The notes beneath the pieces are model-generated. The model saw only the letters and a program-made list of their open reading frames with translations. It searched no databases and was not told the origin of the DNA. From NCBI GenBank assembly GCA_964016885.1, contig OZ024742.1, forward strand, positions 253,766,001 to 253,830,000: a stretch of DNA of 64,000 nt. Direction: 5' to 3'. The stretch is from Eledone cirrhosa. Taxonomy: Eukaryota. The position numbers were made by a program, and so were the translations under genes. Numbering within the stretch: position 1 is the first letter of the stretch; the number at the start of each line of letters is the position of its first letter. Below are positions 50,730-64,000 of this stretch, one piece after another.

Positions 50730-52165
50730 ATCATCATCATCATCATCATCATCATCATCTTTTAACGTCTATCTTCCACGCTAGATGGGTTTAAATAGGA
50801 ATTGTCCAACGTGAGGCAAGATTGGTTGTCTTGCTCGTATAGGACTATCTGGTCGGTTTACGACGGCTGGATGCCCGTCATAACACCAACCACGTTTACA
50901 GTGTGGACTGTGTTTTTTTTTTGTCGTGACACCTACACGACCTCATTTATTTAGGACTGGTTGTTGAGGTACCAACATAACTTTACAGAGAAAGAGGTAG
51001 TGTAGATAGGGGTGGGGATAGGGGTAGTGGGATGGAGGTGTATTTTTGGTTAAGAGGTGCATACTGACTGAAGGTTTCGCTTTGTACTGAGGCAAGGCGT
51101 GTCTTCTGTATTACTGTGTAGCGCCAAAGATCTCGGTCCAGTGACATTGTCTTGGAGAGGTGTAAGTGTGTAAGGTCGGAATTTATCAAATTGTCCCAGG
51201 TTTTTCTGGGTCTGCCTACTCCGTAGCTTCCATTTTTTTTATACAGCTGTCGTCTTCCATGCGCATCACGTGACAATAACAACGTAGTCTTCTTTCGAGT
51301 ATACAGCATCTGATCCCTCTTATTCCTAATTTCTCACTTAGTTCATTTATGCTTTGCCGTTCACGTATATTGCTATTACACATCCAACGGAGCATGCAAG
51401 CTTCGTTCCTCTCCAGTCTGCGTATATCCTCTGCACACAATGCCTATGTCTCACTGCCATGTAACATTGCTGTCCGTATGCTGGCATCATACAGTCTGCC
51501 TTTTATTTTTAGAGAGAAACCTTTAGCGGCCAATAGTGGTATAAGCTCTCTGAACCTTTTCCATCCCGTTCTGACTCTAGCTACTGTACTTTCATAGCAC
51601 CCCCCACCACTGCTGATTTTGTCAACCAGGTAATGGAAGGTGTCCAGTATTTCAATAGAACAATCTGGGCAATGGAAGGAGCTAGTATCGTGTTGGCACA
51701 TTGCTACTACTTATTGCACTCGAGCACCGGCCACATATAAAATCTATGTTCTTAGTTAGCTTACCTGTGATCCCACTACATCTTTTATGCACCCATACTT
51801 TGCATTTGGGACATAAAATAGAGTTTCTGCCTACACCTTTCATACACACTGAGCACAGAGCCCTGATGAACACCAACTTTTACGCTAAATTATTCACTAT
51901 ATTCTTTGTTAATTCTAACCTTGCTGACTGTTTCTTTATACATGGCTTGTATAGCTCTCATAAGCCATTCATCAACATCTAGTTTTCTAAGAGCCCACCA
52001 GATAATGGAGCGGGGGACTCTGTCAAAGGCTTTCTCCAAGTCAACAAAAACTAAGTATAGGGGTTTACTTTTAGCTAGGTACTTCTCCTGTAGTTGTCGT
52101 ACAAGGAAAAGAACGAGCGTCGGTGGTACTTTTACCTGACACAAACCCAAACTGCATTTCACCTA
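50730..52165 (-). mobile_element. Degraded RTE LINE with an internal deletion; intact PHD motif
   Basis: FVDLEKAFDRVP; CSVC..CPKC..H..C..CGRC; GSET; GRPRKTW. Confidence 0.9.
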
Positions 52166-52359
52166 GAGAAACATAAGCCGCTGAATTATGATTGGACCAT
52201 CTAATAATGGTGGTGAGTGGGGGCGGAGGAAGGGGGAGGGATATGGGGAATTTAACGAGAAGGTTATTTTTATAATCTAAACCTACAACTTCGACCATAA
52301 TTTAAACAAACGTATAACAGTAATCAGTGTTTAAATACGGGAAGGTTATTAAATATATA

Positions 52360-53653
52360 CAGGGTGCGGACGATATTTGTTCGCAAGATTACTGTCTAGG
52401 AAAATATAACAGTAGTTTTATTTTTTAAGATATATTTATCAAACTTGGGTCAATTTGTCTTCATGACTTGTTCTTTCGATCTCACTCGATAAACCCGCCA
52501 TTGGCTTTGATGACGAGCTTAAGGCGGCCTCGGAACCGGGCCTTCGTCACTGTCCCCGACTTAGGCCCTAAAGGCACTTGTGATCCTGGCCTTCAGATTG
52601 TCTTTCGTATTGCAGCTAGATCTGTTGGTGTCTCGTTTCACTGCGCCCCACACAAAGAAGTCGAGGGGGTTGCAGTCAGGCGAGCTGTGAGGCCAGCTGT
52701 CAGGTGAACTGTGGTCGACGAAGTTCTCTGACAGCCAGGCTTGGGTCTTTCGGCTGGAATGGGAGGGCGCTGATTCTTGCTGCCACACGTTCGACCTACC
52801 TGCAGCTACCTGGTCGATCCAGGGCTTTACTACCTCGCTCAGAATGCGGATGTAGCCATCGGTGTTCAGCTTGAGGCCCTCAGGGAAGAAGTGAGGTGGC
52901 ATGACGTCACCTTGATTGCTGACGACACCTAAGACCGATGTTGCCGCTGGAAACTTTGTCTGCATGACTATGGGCACGTCTTTGGATGAGACAGCGAGCC
53001 ATCTGCTGTTCTGGGAGTTGATCTTCTGGTCTTGGCAGAAGTTTTTCTCGTCGGAGAAAAACCACAGCATGTCTGGCTCCAGTGAGTGTTTCAACTTGTT
53101 GATCAGCTTCTTTGCGTGCTTCAGTCGCTTTTCTTGCATCGCCTTTGACAGAAATTGTCCTTTCCTCATCTTGTATGAAACGTAGCGAATGACTTCATGT
53201 ACCACCAGCCTAATGAGCTTTTCATCCACGCCTTTCTCCCTTGCAATGGCACGCATCGGCTTACTAGGTTCATTGTTGATGATATCCTGAACTTCAGCGA
53301 CGAACTCGGGTGTTCTGAAGGCGTCAGATCGTCGATCATGTGTTTTCCTCTCCGATGTTGCTTCATAGTCGAATCCTGAATCTTCCAATTCCTTTCTGAC
53401 CTTTTCCACCATTCTCCTGTTGACGCTGAGAAAGTCTGAAATTTCCTTATTTGTCCTCCCGGCGCAGATTCCAAGAAGAACTCCGTGTCACTTCCACAAA
53501 TTTAGAGGTTCAAAATTATTCATAATCAATTATTCTGAAAATAAATAATGGAAATATAGTCACTGTTTTTATGAAGAAAAGAGTGACAACGGAAGTAAAA
53601 AAAATTTTCATAAAATTACCAGTTGAAAATTGCGAACAAATATCATCCACACC

Positions 53654-53656
<3 letters not shown>
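52360..53656 (-). mobile_element. Tc1/mariner DD37D (maT) transposon, full length (1297 bp), probably inactive
   Basis: 27-bp TIRs CAGGGTGCGGACGATATTTGTTCGCAA / TTGCGAACAAATATCATCCACACCCTG with TA flanks. Confidence 0.9.
52561..53412 (-). pseudogene. maT transposase (283-aa open segment)
   Basis: FSDEK, QQESAPSH (second D replaced by E), 37 residues to SPDCNPLD; disrupted N- and C-termini. Confidence 0.85.
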
Positions 53657-53697
<41 letters not shown>

Positions 53698-53820
53698 GTT
53701 TCTACTTTATGTACAAGGCCAGCAAATACCCAGTACATTGCTGGTACTTTATTTTATCGTACTTTACTTTATTTTAAGGATGAAATGCAAAGTTAACTTC
53801 GGCGGGATTTGAACTTCATA

Positions 53821-54105
53821 TAATGAAGGAAGTGTGGTAAGGAACCATGTGGATCATAACACCAGAGTACTCAATACTTATGGTAGTAGTGTGGGTAATA
53901 GGAAAAGAGTCAGGACACCGACGGCTGAGCTATGGCTGTCTCGACAGCTAGATCCGAACTTGACTAGTCTAGAAATAGACGTCGAAACGGCTTGAGCTCT
54001 GCCGTCGGGGTTAAACATTTTCCTATTACCCACTCTACTACCCTAAGTATTGAGTATTCTGGTGCGTTATGGTCCATTAGGTTCCTTACCACTCTTCCTT
54101 CGTTA
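53821..54105. repeat. Family H half-hammerhead inverted pair, arms from different variants
   Basis: Left arm matches the 61531 variant (AGTTCGGATCTAGCTGTCGA); right arm resembles the 9499 variant. Confidence 0.75.
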
Positions 54106-54110
54106 TATAT

Positions 54111-54443
54111 ATCATCATCATCATCATCATCATTTTACGTCTGCTTTTCCCAGCTTGCAAGGGTGGGACAGGTCCTATTCAGCACAGCATCTCTCCATTT
54201 GTCACTGTCCTTTGTCATTTCCACCGTGAGCTTCAGCGATCTGTGGTCTGCTCTCACCACCTCTGCCCATGTTTTTCGTGGTCTTCCTCTACTACGTCTT
54301 CCTTCTACTGGGATTTTTTGGCACTTTTTCACCCATCTGTCATCTGCCATGCGCATCACATGTCCATACCATCTCAGTCTCTTCTCCTGCACACAACAAT
54401 TTATCCCTCTCAGACACAGTTTCTCTCTCAACACATTCATGCT
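54111..54443 (-). mobile_element. RTE LINE 3' end (third variant)
   Basis: KRLRWYGHVMRMADDRWVKKC..GRPRKTWAEVV; (GAT)n tail; followed by an S1 SINE at 54445-54590. Confidence 0.85.
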
Positions 54444-54801
54444 TGGCACACGGCCAGCAATAACCTCAGTGTATTACTGGTACTTTATTTTATCAACCCC
54501 TTAAGGATGAGTGGCAAAGTTCACCTCGGCTGGATTTGAACTCAGTTCATAAAGGGCTGTAATTCTATGCTGTAAAGTATGGTGTCTTGCATACCAGACC
54601 CAGCCTCAGACAAACGGATGCGGCAAAAAAAAAAAAAAAAAAAAATTTGTCCGGGAAAGACTGCCCTAACACCGGCCAGAGTTACCTCCCTTGACCTGCT
54701 GCAAAATCAAAACAAGATATTTTTGCGAGCAATGAACCTTGATGTGGATTTAACCCCCAAAACTCTTTCCGAGCAATATAAGGAACACTTGTGATTATTT
54801 A

Positions 54802-54841
54802 TGCCCTTGAGAAGCCCAACTGGGCGAAACGTACGTAGGTG
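54802..54841 (+). ncRNA. Minimal type I HHR (U3-A8 variant) in a solo PLE pLTR (~54669-54885)
   Basis: TGCCC-TTGAGAA-GCCCA(AC)TGGGC-GAAA-CGTACG-TA-GGTG; region homologous to 59848-60050. Confidence 0.75.
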
Positions 54842-54896
54842 ATATTTTAAATAAACATGTTTTAACGGTCTATTCTCCGATTTTTTACTTTCCCAC

Positions 54897-55068
<172 letters not shown>

Positions 55069-55433
55069 GAGGTATATATATACATAATTATTTTAAATGA
55101 CAAACACAGAGGTACAAAAACAATTTTACTCTTATTAGCTTATTGAAAATGTCCAAACCTGGATGCTATTACATCTAAAACTTCCCCCAAACATGATTAA
55201 ATGCAATAACAGTCAAACCTACTGAGGGACATATATGCCAAAGTGTTGTTCACAAAGATCTCATTCCACACCGTATCAAAGTATGCTATATATATTTAAT
55301 ACATGTAAATAAGACCACCAATTACCCAAATGTGAATGTAAATAAATCTGGAAAAAACCAAAGCTATCCATGAAGTAAGACAAACAATTGCCTTAAACAA
55401 TAAAAAAGGGATATGAAAGCCAACTTTGAACTT

Positions 55434-55608
55434 AAACCAACTATCAACCCATATTCTTATAAACTGTAAACAAACCATCAACCCACATTCTTATATACTG
55501 TAAACCAACCATCAACCCACACTCTTATATTCTCTAAACCAGCCATCAACCAACATTCTTATATACTGTAAACCAACCATCAACCCACACTCTTATATTC
55601 TCTAAACC
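55434..55608. repeat. ~34-bp tandem minisatellite
   Basis: TAAACCAACCATCAACCCACAYTCTTATA.. repeated about 5 times. Confidence 0.85.
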
Positions 55609-56742
55609 AACAGTTTGTAATAGTGTAGCATTTATGTGACAGATGGTCAGGAAAATCCAGCACAGTTCTTATTATAGTGATTAAACTTAATTGTTAACCT
55701 CCTGTAATCATTTTGCAGGAAATATATAAAAATGACTTCTTAATTCAAATATTTATTGAATGTTTATAAGTGGATATATTGTTGTGAAAATTAGTAATAT
55801 TATCTGAAAGAATTTCATATTTAATATGATGCAGTAAATTACACTAGATATAATGTTGCATATGTGTGGTTGGTAATTGGTTCTTAACATTTGCCAGAAA
55901 ATGTTTAAGAGCAATTTCGTTAATTTGAATTTTTATAGTGTCTTTACTATGAAAGAGTTCCTTGTGAAAATTTGCCTTAGTCTAAAGTAAAAATTTTAGT
56001 GTTTAATTTGATGCATTCATACTGATGCTTTGTATTCTTCTAAAATGCCTAGATAAAGTAGTTTAATGTGATATAGGAAATTAAGAGTTAAAGTCAATTC
56101 CTAACTCTGAGGCTCAATAGGACAGAGTTAATTTCAGTTTCATTGATGTTAAGTGATGGAGATTATAAGAATTCTGGATGTGACACTGTTTCAAGCTGAG
56201 TTGACTGGAGCAACATGAAATGAAACTTTTTTTGTCAAAAAAAAAACACAACACAAAACCTGGTCCAGGAATTGAACCCACAACATTACAATCACAAACT
56301 CCAGACCCTAAACACAAGGTCACATGCCCTTGCTATTTATAGAGATTACAGCAGCCCAATTCATCAGAAATACATTCATTTTGATTAACAACGAAGCTTA
56401 TTGAAATCTATATAATGTTAAGCCTTGAAATAATAAACACTAGCTTCTTTAAGATTTTTTCTTGTCTTTGCCTAGTTTTCTCCTTCCAAGCCTTTGTTAA
56501 TATAAAGTCTTTTGACATTGCAGTCTTTGATTGATTCTTTTTTAATATATTCTTCAAGTAGATGCTGTTAAATAAAGCTATGTTTCGTCCCATTCACTTC
56601 ATATATAATACATGCTAAGTCTTTGGTTGAAGGGGAAAAAACTGTAAATCGCAGTTTTAAATAAAATTAACCACAATCAAATCATATGCCATCTTTCTTA
56701 AGATTATTGAACATCATTTTATTTTTCTTGTATTATTTCCTT

Positions 56743-56862
<120 letters not shown>

Positions 56863-57504
56863 CCATATAACACTCTCACTATTATTTATTGTATTTTTGG
56901 TTCTTTACAAATTCTTAGTATTTTGACTTTCACTAGTCACCACCATTACTACTGCCTAACAATATAACATAACCTCACAAAACCACTGTATATCTCTCTC
57001 TGAATTTCTGTTTATCTGTCTGTCTATCTCTCTCTTTCATGTCTGTATGTTTGTATGAGTGAATCTGTCTGTATATCTGTATTTCTATATCTATGTGTCT
57101 CAATCTATCTCTGTCTGTGAGTCTGTATGTATGTGTATTTAATATATTACACCTGACCATTGGTGATAGTCACATTTATAAAAGTTAGCAGTTTCAATAG
57201 AGAAGAAATCTCTATTAAACTTTGAAAAAATGTAGAAAATCAAATTATTATTTTCTTATGATTTTTATTGAATGCTTATAGATGAATACTCATCAATCCA
57301 TTGCTTTCAAATCGATTACATGACTGATTGATTGATTTTTATCTACACAAATGAATGTTTTATGAGTAAAATTATTTTTTGAAAAATTTATGAGCTTTGA
57401 ATTATATATTAGAAGGGGTAGGAGAAATGGGGAAATGTCTGTGTTTCTTCCACATTGATTCTTACATGTTTTTATATAGTTTTTACATACAGTCAATGAG
57501 TAGT

Positions 57505-57690
57505 GAGAACAATGATGACGATGATGATGACAACAACGATGATGACGATGACGATGATGATGACAACAATGCTGATGACAATGATGATGATGATGATGAT
57601 GATGATGATAGTGATAATGATGGTGATAATGATGGTGATAATGATGATAATGAGGATTATGATGAGGATGATGATTGTGATAATGATATA
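57505..57690. repeat. Imperfect (GAT)n microsatellite
   Basis: Direct reading. Confidence 0.9.
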
Positions 57691-58145
57691 GGCATGGGGT
57701 AATTAGAATCGTAACTAATCAACTAACATAATTTCAGATATAAAAGGAGTTAAAACACTGACTCAGCATTCTTTCAATAATGTACATATGGCATTGAATG
57801 TTATAGTCATTAGATTCCCAATGATAAATTAAGCATTCACACACACGCACACATACCCCCCCCCCCCACACACACACACATATTAAGAAAGAAGGAGAGA
57901 GATGGTTTACAACTTCAGTTTATGTACATTTTAAAGGCATTAAAATGTCATTATGTAATTGTCATTTAATGAGCTATTATCAAACAAGTGCTGAAAATGA
58001 AAACATTGTTTTCTTTTTGTTGTTGGTTTTTGATATGCTAGGCATATATATATCTGCCAGATAGTCCTATACGAGCGAGACATGGTCACCTGAACAATCT
58101 TGCCTCCCGTCTAACCCATGCTAGCATGAAAGATAGACGTTAAAC

Positions 58146-58241
<96 letters not shown>

Positions 58242-58259
58242 ATATATATATCATACCTA

Positions 58260-60059
58260 TAACAGAGCATGCTAAAGCCATTACAGCGTCAAGAACTATA
58301 GTATAGAGAACCACACTAAGAAACTTGACCACACTGTTAATTACACGAGTGGCGACCAAGACAACCGACAGTATGGTAAGTGCTACACGATTGGTAACGC
58401 CACCCGCTGCAGCCTATTGGAATTATTCCCTAACTATAGGATCAGCAACGGTAGTGGCCTATTACCAACACCCACCAACCCACGTCTAGCCACACATAAA
58501 AATTACGGAGGGAAGGCGCCCCTACCTGAACATAAAGTAATGGGGACGTATAACCAGCTAGAGCAAAGGAACAACCGTAAGTACTGTCAACTAGGAAGCA
58601 CAACCTGTAGCAACCCCACTGTAAAGCGGAAATGACACCGTAATATCCTATGGTTCCACCCCCACCCCTACTCTTGGAGTGTGGCCTCCGACATACCGAG
58701 GATATTCTTCGAAGCCTTGGAGAGGAATTTCCCACCTAATCATAAATACAGAAAAATACTTAACAGGAAGAATATCAAAATATCCTTATCTACCACCCCC
58801 AATCTAGCTGACATCATAGGAGCAACTAATCACAGTAAGATCAATGAAACACTACACCTTAGCACAGATACATCTAGACCTGACAACAACACTAATAACC
58901 TTAACATCCTCCTAACAGCACCAAATAGGGTTGGTGGCAGCCCCGGCAGACGAAACCCACGTAACCAGGGCGTGATTGGAGAATATACCGGTGACCCACA
59001 CGCGTCACCCACCGGCAACTGAACGGGTTGCAGCGTGCGGAGTGATAATGCACGCCTCGAGAGATAACAGTACCAATGACCGAGTTAGAGACATAGATAA
59101 CAACATGGGTAGCAATAGTAATAGCTTTACTTTAGGAACTAAGAGCGACCGTGACAGAAAATGCAACTGTCGTGACAGGGTAGGCTGCCCTCTCAGGGGA
59201 AACTGCCTGACTGATAAAGGTTATTTATAGGTCCACCGTAACTAGCCATAGCGGAGTTAAACAATATATAGGGGCCACCTCTGGCCAGTTTAAAACGAGA
59301 TTTAGAACACATCTCCACCCTTTCAGGAACAAAAAACTACGGCACGCCACATCGCTTGCGAACTACGTGACCACATTACAAGACGCCAACATAAGCTTCT
59401 CCACACACTGGGATATTGTCGGTAGGGTTGCACCCTACAACTTCAGGGGGAAATGCTAGCTCTGTCTCATGGAGTTGTACTACATCATAAGAACACCCCA
59501 CGAGCTCATAAACAGCCGAGCAGAATCAGTAATAAATTGTAAACACCGGGTGCAGGCGTCGTATTTTGCCTGGGAAGCGACTGCGACATGAAAACTACGA
59601 ACTGGGTCCCCCTGCCCTAACCATAACACCCCGGTGGGCAGGCGGTATGAACAAACATCTGTGAACCAAATGTACATCGCAGACCATGATCAAACAAGCA
59701 TTAGTGAAGCAACATCCACTAAATAATAAATGTACACCCCAGACACGATCTGTACTGGCACTAGTGAAACAACACACATAATATAAAGATGCTAAACACC
59801 AGCATATGAACAGGTATAAACATCTAAATGGGAATTGATTTTTTTGAACACCGGCCAGAGTTACTCCCCCTGAACAACACATGCACAGAGGAGAAGAATG
59901 AACTATGATGTTAATTTAACCGTGAAATCCCTCCTGGGTCCTATATTGATCATTGTTTTGTTTTCCATGCCCTTGATAAGCCCATTCCGGGCGAAACGTA
60001 CGTAGGCGCACTGTTATATAAACATGTTCTAACAGTTTTAAACTCCTTGTATTCATTTC

Positions 60060-60060
<1 letters not shown>
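58260..60060 (+). mobile_element. Naiad-type PLE remnant lacking RT: linker, GIY-YIG and pLTR with HHR
   Basis: NILWFHP, FPPNHKYRKILNRKNIKISLSTTPNL, CNCRDRVGCPLRGNCL, VIYRSTV..YIGATSGQFKTRF..H, KC*LCLME, NSRAES..CKHR. Confidence 0.9.
59968..60008 (+). ncRNA. Minimal type I HHR (U3-A8 variant) in the PLE pLTR
   Basis: TGCCC-TTGATAA-GCCC(ATTCC)GGGC-GAAA-CGTACG-TA-GGCG. Confidence 0.8.
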
Positions 60061-60118
<58 letters not shown>

Positions 60119-60138
60119 CATGTGTACACAAATATTCA

Positions 60139-60179
<41 letters not shown>

Positions 60180-60540
60180 GGATATAAATATAATGTATTT
60201 TGCAATACACTTTATGCTTAATTAAAAGCATTTTGAAGACCGTAAGCTATTGTTTTAAAGTAGTGACAAATTCACTCACTTCGATCTCAGCAAACAGGAG
60301 GAGATAAGCCGACATGACATGTTTCGCTTTTGTTGAAGCTTATCAAGGCCAACTACCCCGCCCGTCTGCTGAGATCAATGATGTTATATTCTTATAGAAA
60401 TCTAGTAAATAATCAGGAGCTGATTATGCAGAGCGGTTGTTGGTCAGGCAGAAATTAAAAATTAGAATTGTAGCTCTGAAATAGCAATATATATATGGAT
60501 GTAAATATAATGTATTTTGCAATACACTTTATGCTTAATT
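60180..60540 (-). mobile_element. HHR element family D (317-nt unit, 44-bp terminal redundancy)
   Basis: 60180-60223 matches 60497-60540; a single HHR inside. Confidence 0.8.
60307..60350 (-). ncRNA. Type I HHR (U3-A8 variant, family D)
   Basis: GGCC-TTGATAA-GCTT(CAACAA)AAGC-GAAA-CATGTCATG-TC-GGCT. Confidence 0.8.
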
Positions 60541-60563
60541 CTAATTTTTATATATATATAAAT

Positions 60564-61134
60564 AATTAGTATATCTACCAACATATATATATACAGATGC
60601 ATACCTATGCTAGCAAATATATAGGTTTTGTCTTAGTAACTTTGCAGTTCAATGCAAGGGGATGCAGAGCAATTATATGAATGACGTAAAATAAGAAAAT
60701 TATAAAAATTAACTTACTTGCTAAAATTTCATTCCAACTAATTAGTTTCTGAAAGGGAATAAACATGGTTTCCAAATGGAAAGCATGGCGAAGCCGTTTC
60801 GTCATCGGGAAGTCTGTTCTCAGTTAAGATACCTGGCCATGCGTGGATACAGGGAACTTATACAAAAATAATTCAGTGGATGGAAAAAAGCAAGCGTGGA
60901 CTAAATTCCAAGACATTGAAAACATCACTGCCTACTTGGTCGGTGGCAAATTCAAAAGAATCAATCACGTGACATCGAGTTAATTTTTATAATTTTCTTA
61001 TTTTACGTCATTCATATAATTGTTCTGCATCCTCTTGCATTGAACCACAAAGTTTCTAAGACAAAACCTATATATCTGCTAGCATAGGTATGCATCTGTA
61101 TATATATGTTGGTATGTTGGTAGATATACTAATT
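60564..61134. mobile_element. Element with ~150-bp inverted arms and a decayed minus-strand HHR (60732-60811)
   Basis: 60564-60714 versus 60978-61134 inverted; TTCC-CGATGA-..-GAAA-CTAATTAG-TT-GGAA. Confidence 0.65.
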
Positions 61135-61263
61135 CTTTATAATTATCTGCAAATTATTTTGTTGAGCAAAAATTTGCCAAAACTGGTACTATAGTTCATA
61201 GTAATGGCTTGGCTACTGTCTTTTTAACACCCCACTCCTCACTGATTAACTTCGATGTCACTG

Positions 61264-61510
61264 TACGGCTTAATTCGGGATGTTTGTTTACAAACACACC
61301 GAGCATTATAATAAATGTTCGGTGAATCCATACGTACATATATATATATATATATATGTGTGCATGTATGTATATATATATACATACTACTGTACGTCTG
61401 TATACATATATGTATGTACGTATACTTACTTATATTTAAGTAACAGCCGTACTAAGAGTGGGAAATGAAATTTCGTTTCGTTTCGTTTCGTTTCATTTTT
61501 TTCCGTTTAT
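61264..61510 (+). mobile_element. Family B partial copy
   Basis: Matches 18025-18232. Confidence 0.8.
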
Positions 61511-61624
61511 ATATATATATATATATATATAGTTCGGATCTAGCTGTCGAAACGGCCGGAGCTCCGCTGTTGGGGTCTTGAATCTTTTTATATATATATA
61601 TATATCGACAGTCGATCGACTTTC

Positions 61625-61825
61625 ATCAAATCGGACCGAGGAAACATTGTTTCCGTTGGTCTTTTCAATTGCTAATACTATCTATTGGTCGCAACTCCAG
61701 GTAGAAGGAACAATGTGAAATAAAGTGTCTTGCTGAAGGACATAACTCATCGTCCGGTCCAGGAATCGAACTCACAACCTCACGATTGCAAATTGAATTC
61801 TCGAACCACTCAGCCACATGCCTAC
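61625..61825 (-). mobile_element. SINE family S2
   Basis: GGCTGAGTGGTTCGAG A-box, GAGTTCGATTCC B-box, CCTTCAGCAAGACACTTTATTTCAC; other copies at 56195-56330 (-) and 62948-63055 (+). Confidence 0.8.
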
Positions 61826-64000
61826 CCAAATATATATACATATATATATATTGCTGAAGATAAGCTGTTTATACGCAGTTGTTACGTTGTTACTCCTTGA
61901 GGATAAGCTGGTCCGAGTGATCCCAAACCACTTCACGTCAGTTGTTTATCCCAGTTAAGAGTTGGTGATTAGGAATGATGGAGGATTCATTTATAAAATA
62001 CGATATGCCTGTTGCCATCACAACAGGATGGTTATACATGGCCAGCAGCATATGCTAATGATTGCATAATTGCACCTATGATTGTGTAGGCATCTGATGA
62101 AGTTACATGCATAACCATGTGACAGAAATATATATCATGCAATAAAGCAATTATGGTGAAATAATCCCATCTTAACTTCTCTTATTTGATATATATATAT
62201 AATAGGGATTTAGATTAACACAATGCTAAATGTATAGAAGCCTTTGAAATTTTTTCAACCTTATTTCTCACAGAAATGCTTGATGGTAACACGTGCAAAA
62301 AATACTTATATTAAAACAAACTCATAAATGAGTTCACTGAGTAACAATATCCAAATCGAACATGTTATGGTATGCTGTGGTCTCATAACTCTTGATGGAG
62401 TCGTTGGGGTACTGTATTTACAAATAACATTTTCTTGGGCATTTTAAGCCTGGTGGATCTTATACCTCTCCAGGCCTGAGTACTGCAGGTTTCTTACAGA
62501 GAATGATAGAAAGTGACAGAGAGGAAGTTAGATAGAGATATAGAGGAAGAATTGACCCATTGCTAGATTGATACCTTTTTATCGTCCTTGAAAAGATGAA
62601 AGACAAAGTTGACCTCAGTGGGATTTGAACTTAGAGAGCGAAGAGCTAGAATGAATGCCACAAAGTACTCTATCCGACAATCTAACAACACTGCCAATTC
62701 CCCGTCTAGAACATCTTAAGACAGATAAGAATTTTAAAAATCTCAAAAGTTTAACAATTTAACAAAGAACATCTTTTAAAAATTAAATTTCACAGCCTGG
62801 ACCACAATGCAAATTGAATATACAACTTAACAAATGTTCTCATATTAAATTATAATGGAAAAATTGTATATAAATATGATAATTGATTGACAAAATCCCA
62901 GACATCATTATCTTACTGATTGAGGTGGAGCTCATCAAATAAAAGCAAGTGGCTTAGTGGTTAGAGAATTGGATTCACAATCATGAGGTTGTGAGTTTAA
63001 TTTCTGAACCATGTGTTATGTCCTTGAGCAAGACATTTTATTTCACGTTGCTCTTTCTGCCAGGAGTTTTCACTGGTACATAGTATCAGCAATGGAAAGA
63101 CTAATGGAAACATTGTTTCCTTTATCCAATTTGATATGTATATAAACACATTGAAATAAACAGCTTAGTATAATAGAACCAGGGGCGGTATCAGGATTAA
63201 AGCAGATAATTTTATCTTCAGCCACCACATAATTTTAGTTATACCCACTGGAGTTTAGAAGGTGAAATGTCTTAGCTATAAACAAATGGTAGTGTCATGG
63301 TGTGGTGGATTATATGTGTGTGTTTATGTGATTTTGTGTGTATGTGTGTGTGTGTGTGCATGTGTGTGTGTGTGCATGTGTGGTTGTGTGTCTGTTGTGG
63401 TGTATTGTGTGTGTCTGAGAGAGGGTAACTAAGCCGTAGTTAGGTGATGATGGATAATGTGTGATTGTATGAGGAATATGTGTGTGTGTACATGTGTATA
63501 TAGTTGTGTGTGTCTGTGGTTGTATGTGTGTGTGTGTGTGTGCATATGTGTTTGTGTGTGAGAGGTTGATTTGACTGTAGTCAGGTATGTGTGTACTTGA
63601 AGGGCTGAGTTGGCTGTAGTAATGCAGTAGTGGGTTATATGCATATGTGTATATGACTCTGTGTGTGGTTGTGTATGTATGTGACTATGTGTGGCTATGT
63701 GAGTAGACTGTAGCCAGAGCCCCACAATATTTAAAAGGACAAAAGTTTTAGTATTTTTTAATTTAATGCTGTTATCATGTTTGATATGAGTTGCTCTTGT
63801 ATGAGTAGCTAACAGCAGCCAATATATTCCCCCTTTTTCACTAGTAAGTTACAGTCAATTTGATACAAGGGCCCTGATTAAATTTTAGGCAAGGTCCTAT
63901 GCAAGTTTAGTGGGTTCTTGGTATCAAGTATATGATATGAACCAAAGTTGTAATGTTACTCAATCGATTTGACCATCGATATTCAAATATAATATATCAT

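Noticed and set aside
57397-57702. Asp-rich 101-aa ORF
   Set aside because: Translation of a (GAT)n microsatellite; no other coding signal.

Overview
AT-rich, microsatellite-dense animal DNA that reads like an octopus/cephalopod intergenic or intronic region; the organism is inferred from the repeat repertoire. No host protein-coding gene can be supported. The window is a mosaic of three things. (1) Retroelements: RTE-clade LINE remnants (one with a PHD-type C4HC3 finger inside the RT), a CR1 fragment, two tRNA-derived SINE families, and three decayed Penelope-like elements (PLEs) of the Naiad type. (2) DNA transposons: Tc1/mariner elements including a near-complete DD37D (maT) copy, MITEs and a Helitron fragment. 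(3) A dense set of type I hammerhead ribozymes (HHRs), which is the main unexplained signal: about 15 full or decayed motifs from about 10 unrelated sequence families. Four families occur as non-coding monomers of about 704, 412, 425 and 317 nt, each with one HHR and a 44-63 bp terminal redundancy, mostly inserted in (TA)n. Two of them show circular permutation between copies or arms, three carry inverted partial copies, and several have octamer (ATGCAAAT-like) motifs upstream. This suggests a diverse circular-RNA, retrozyme-like system mobilised by Naiad PLEs. All RNA structures were folded by eye and need computational and experimental confirmation.
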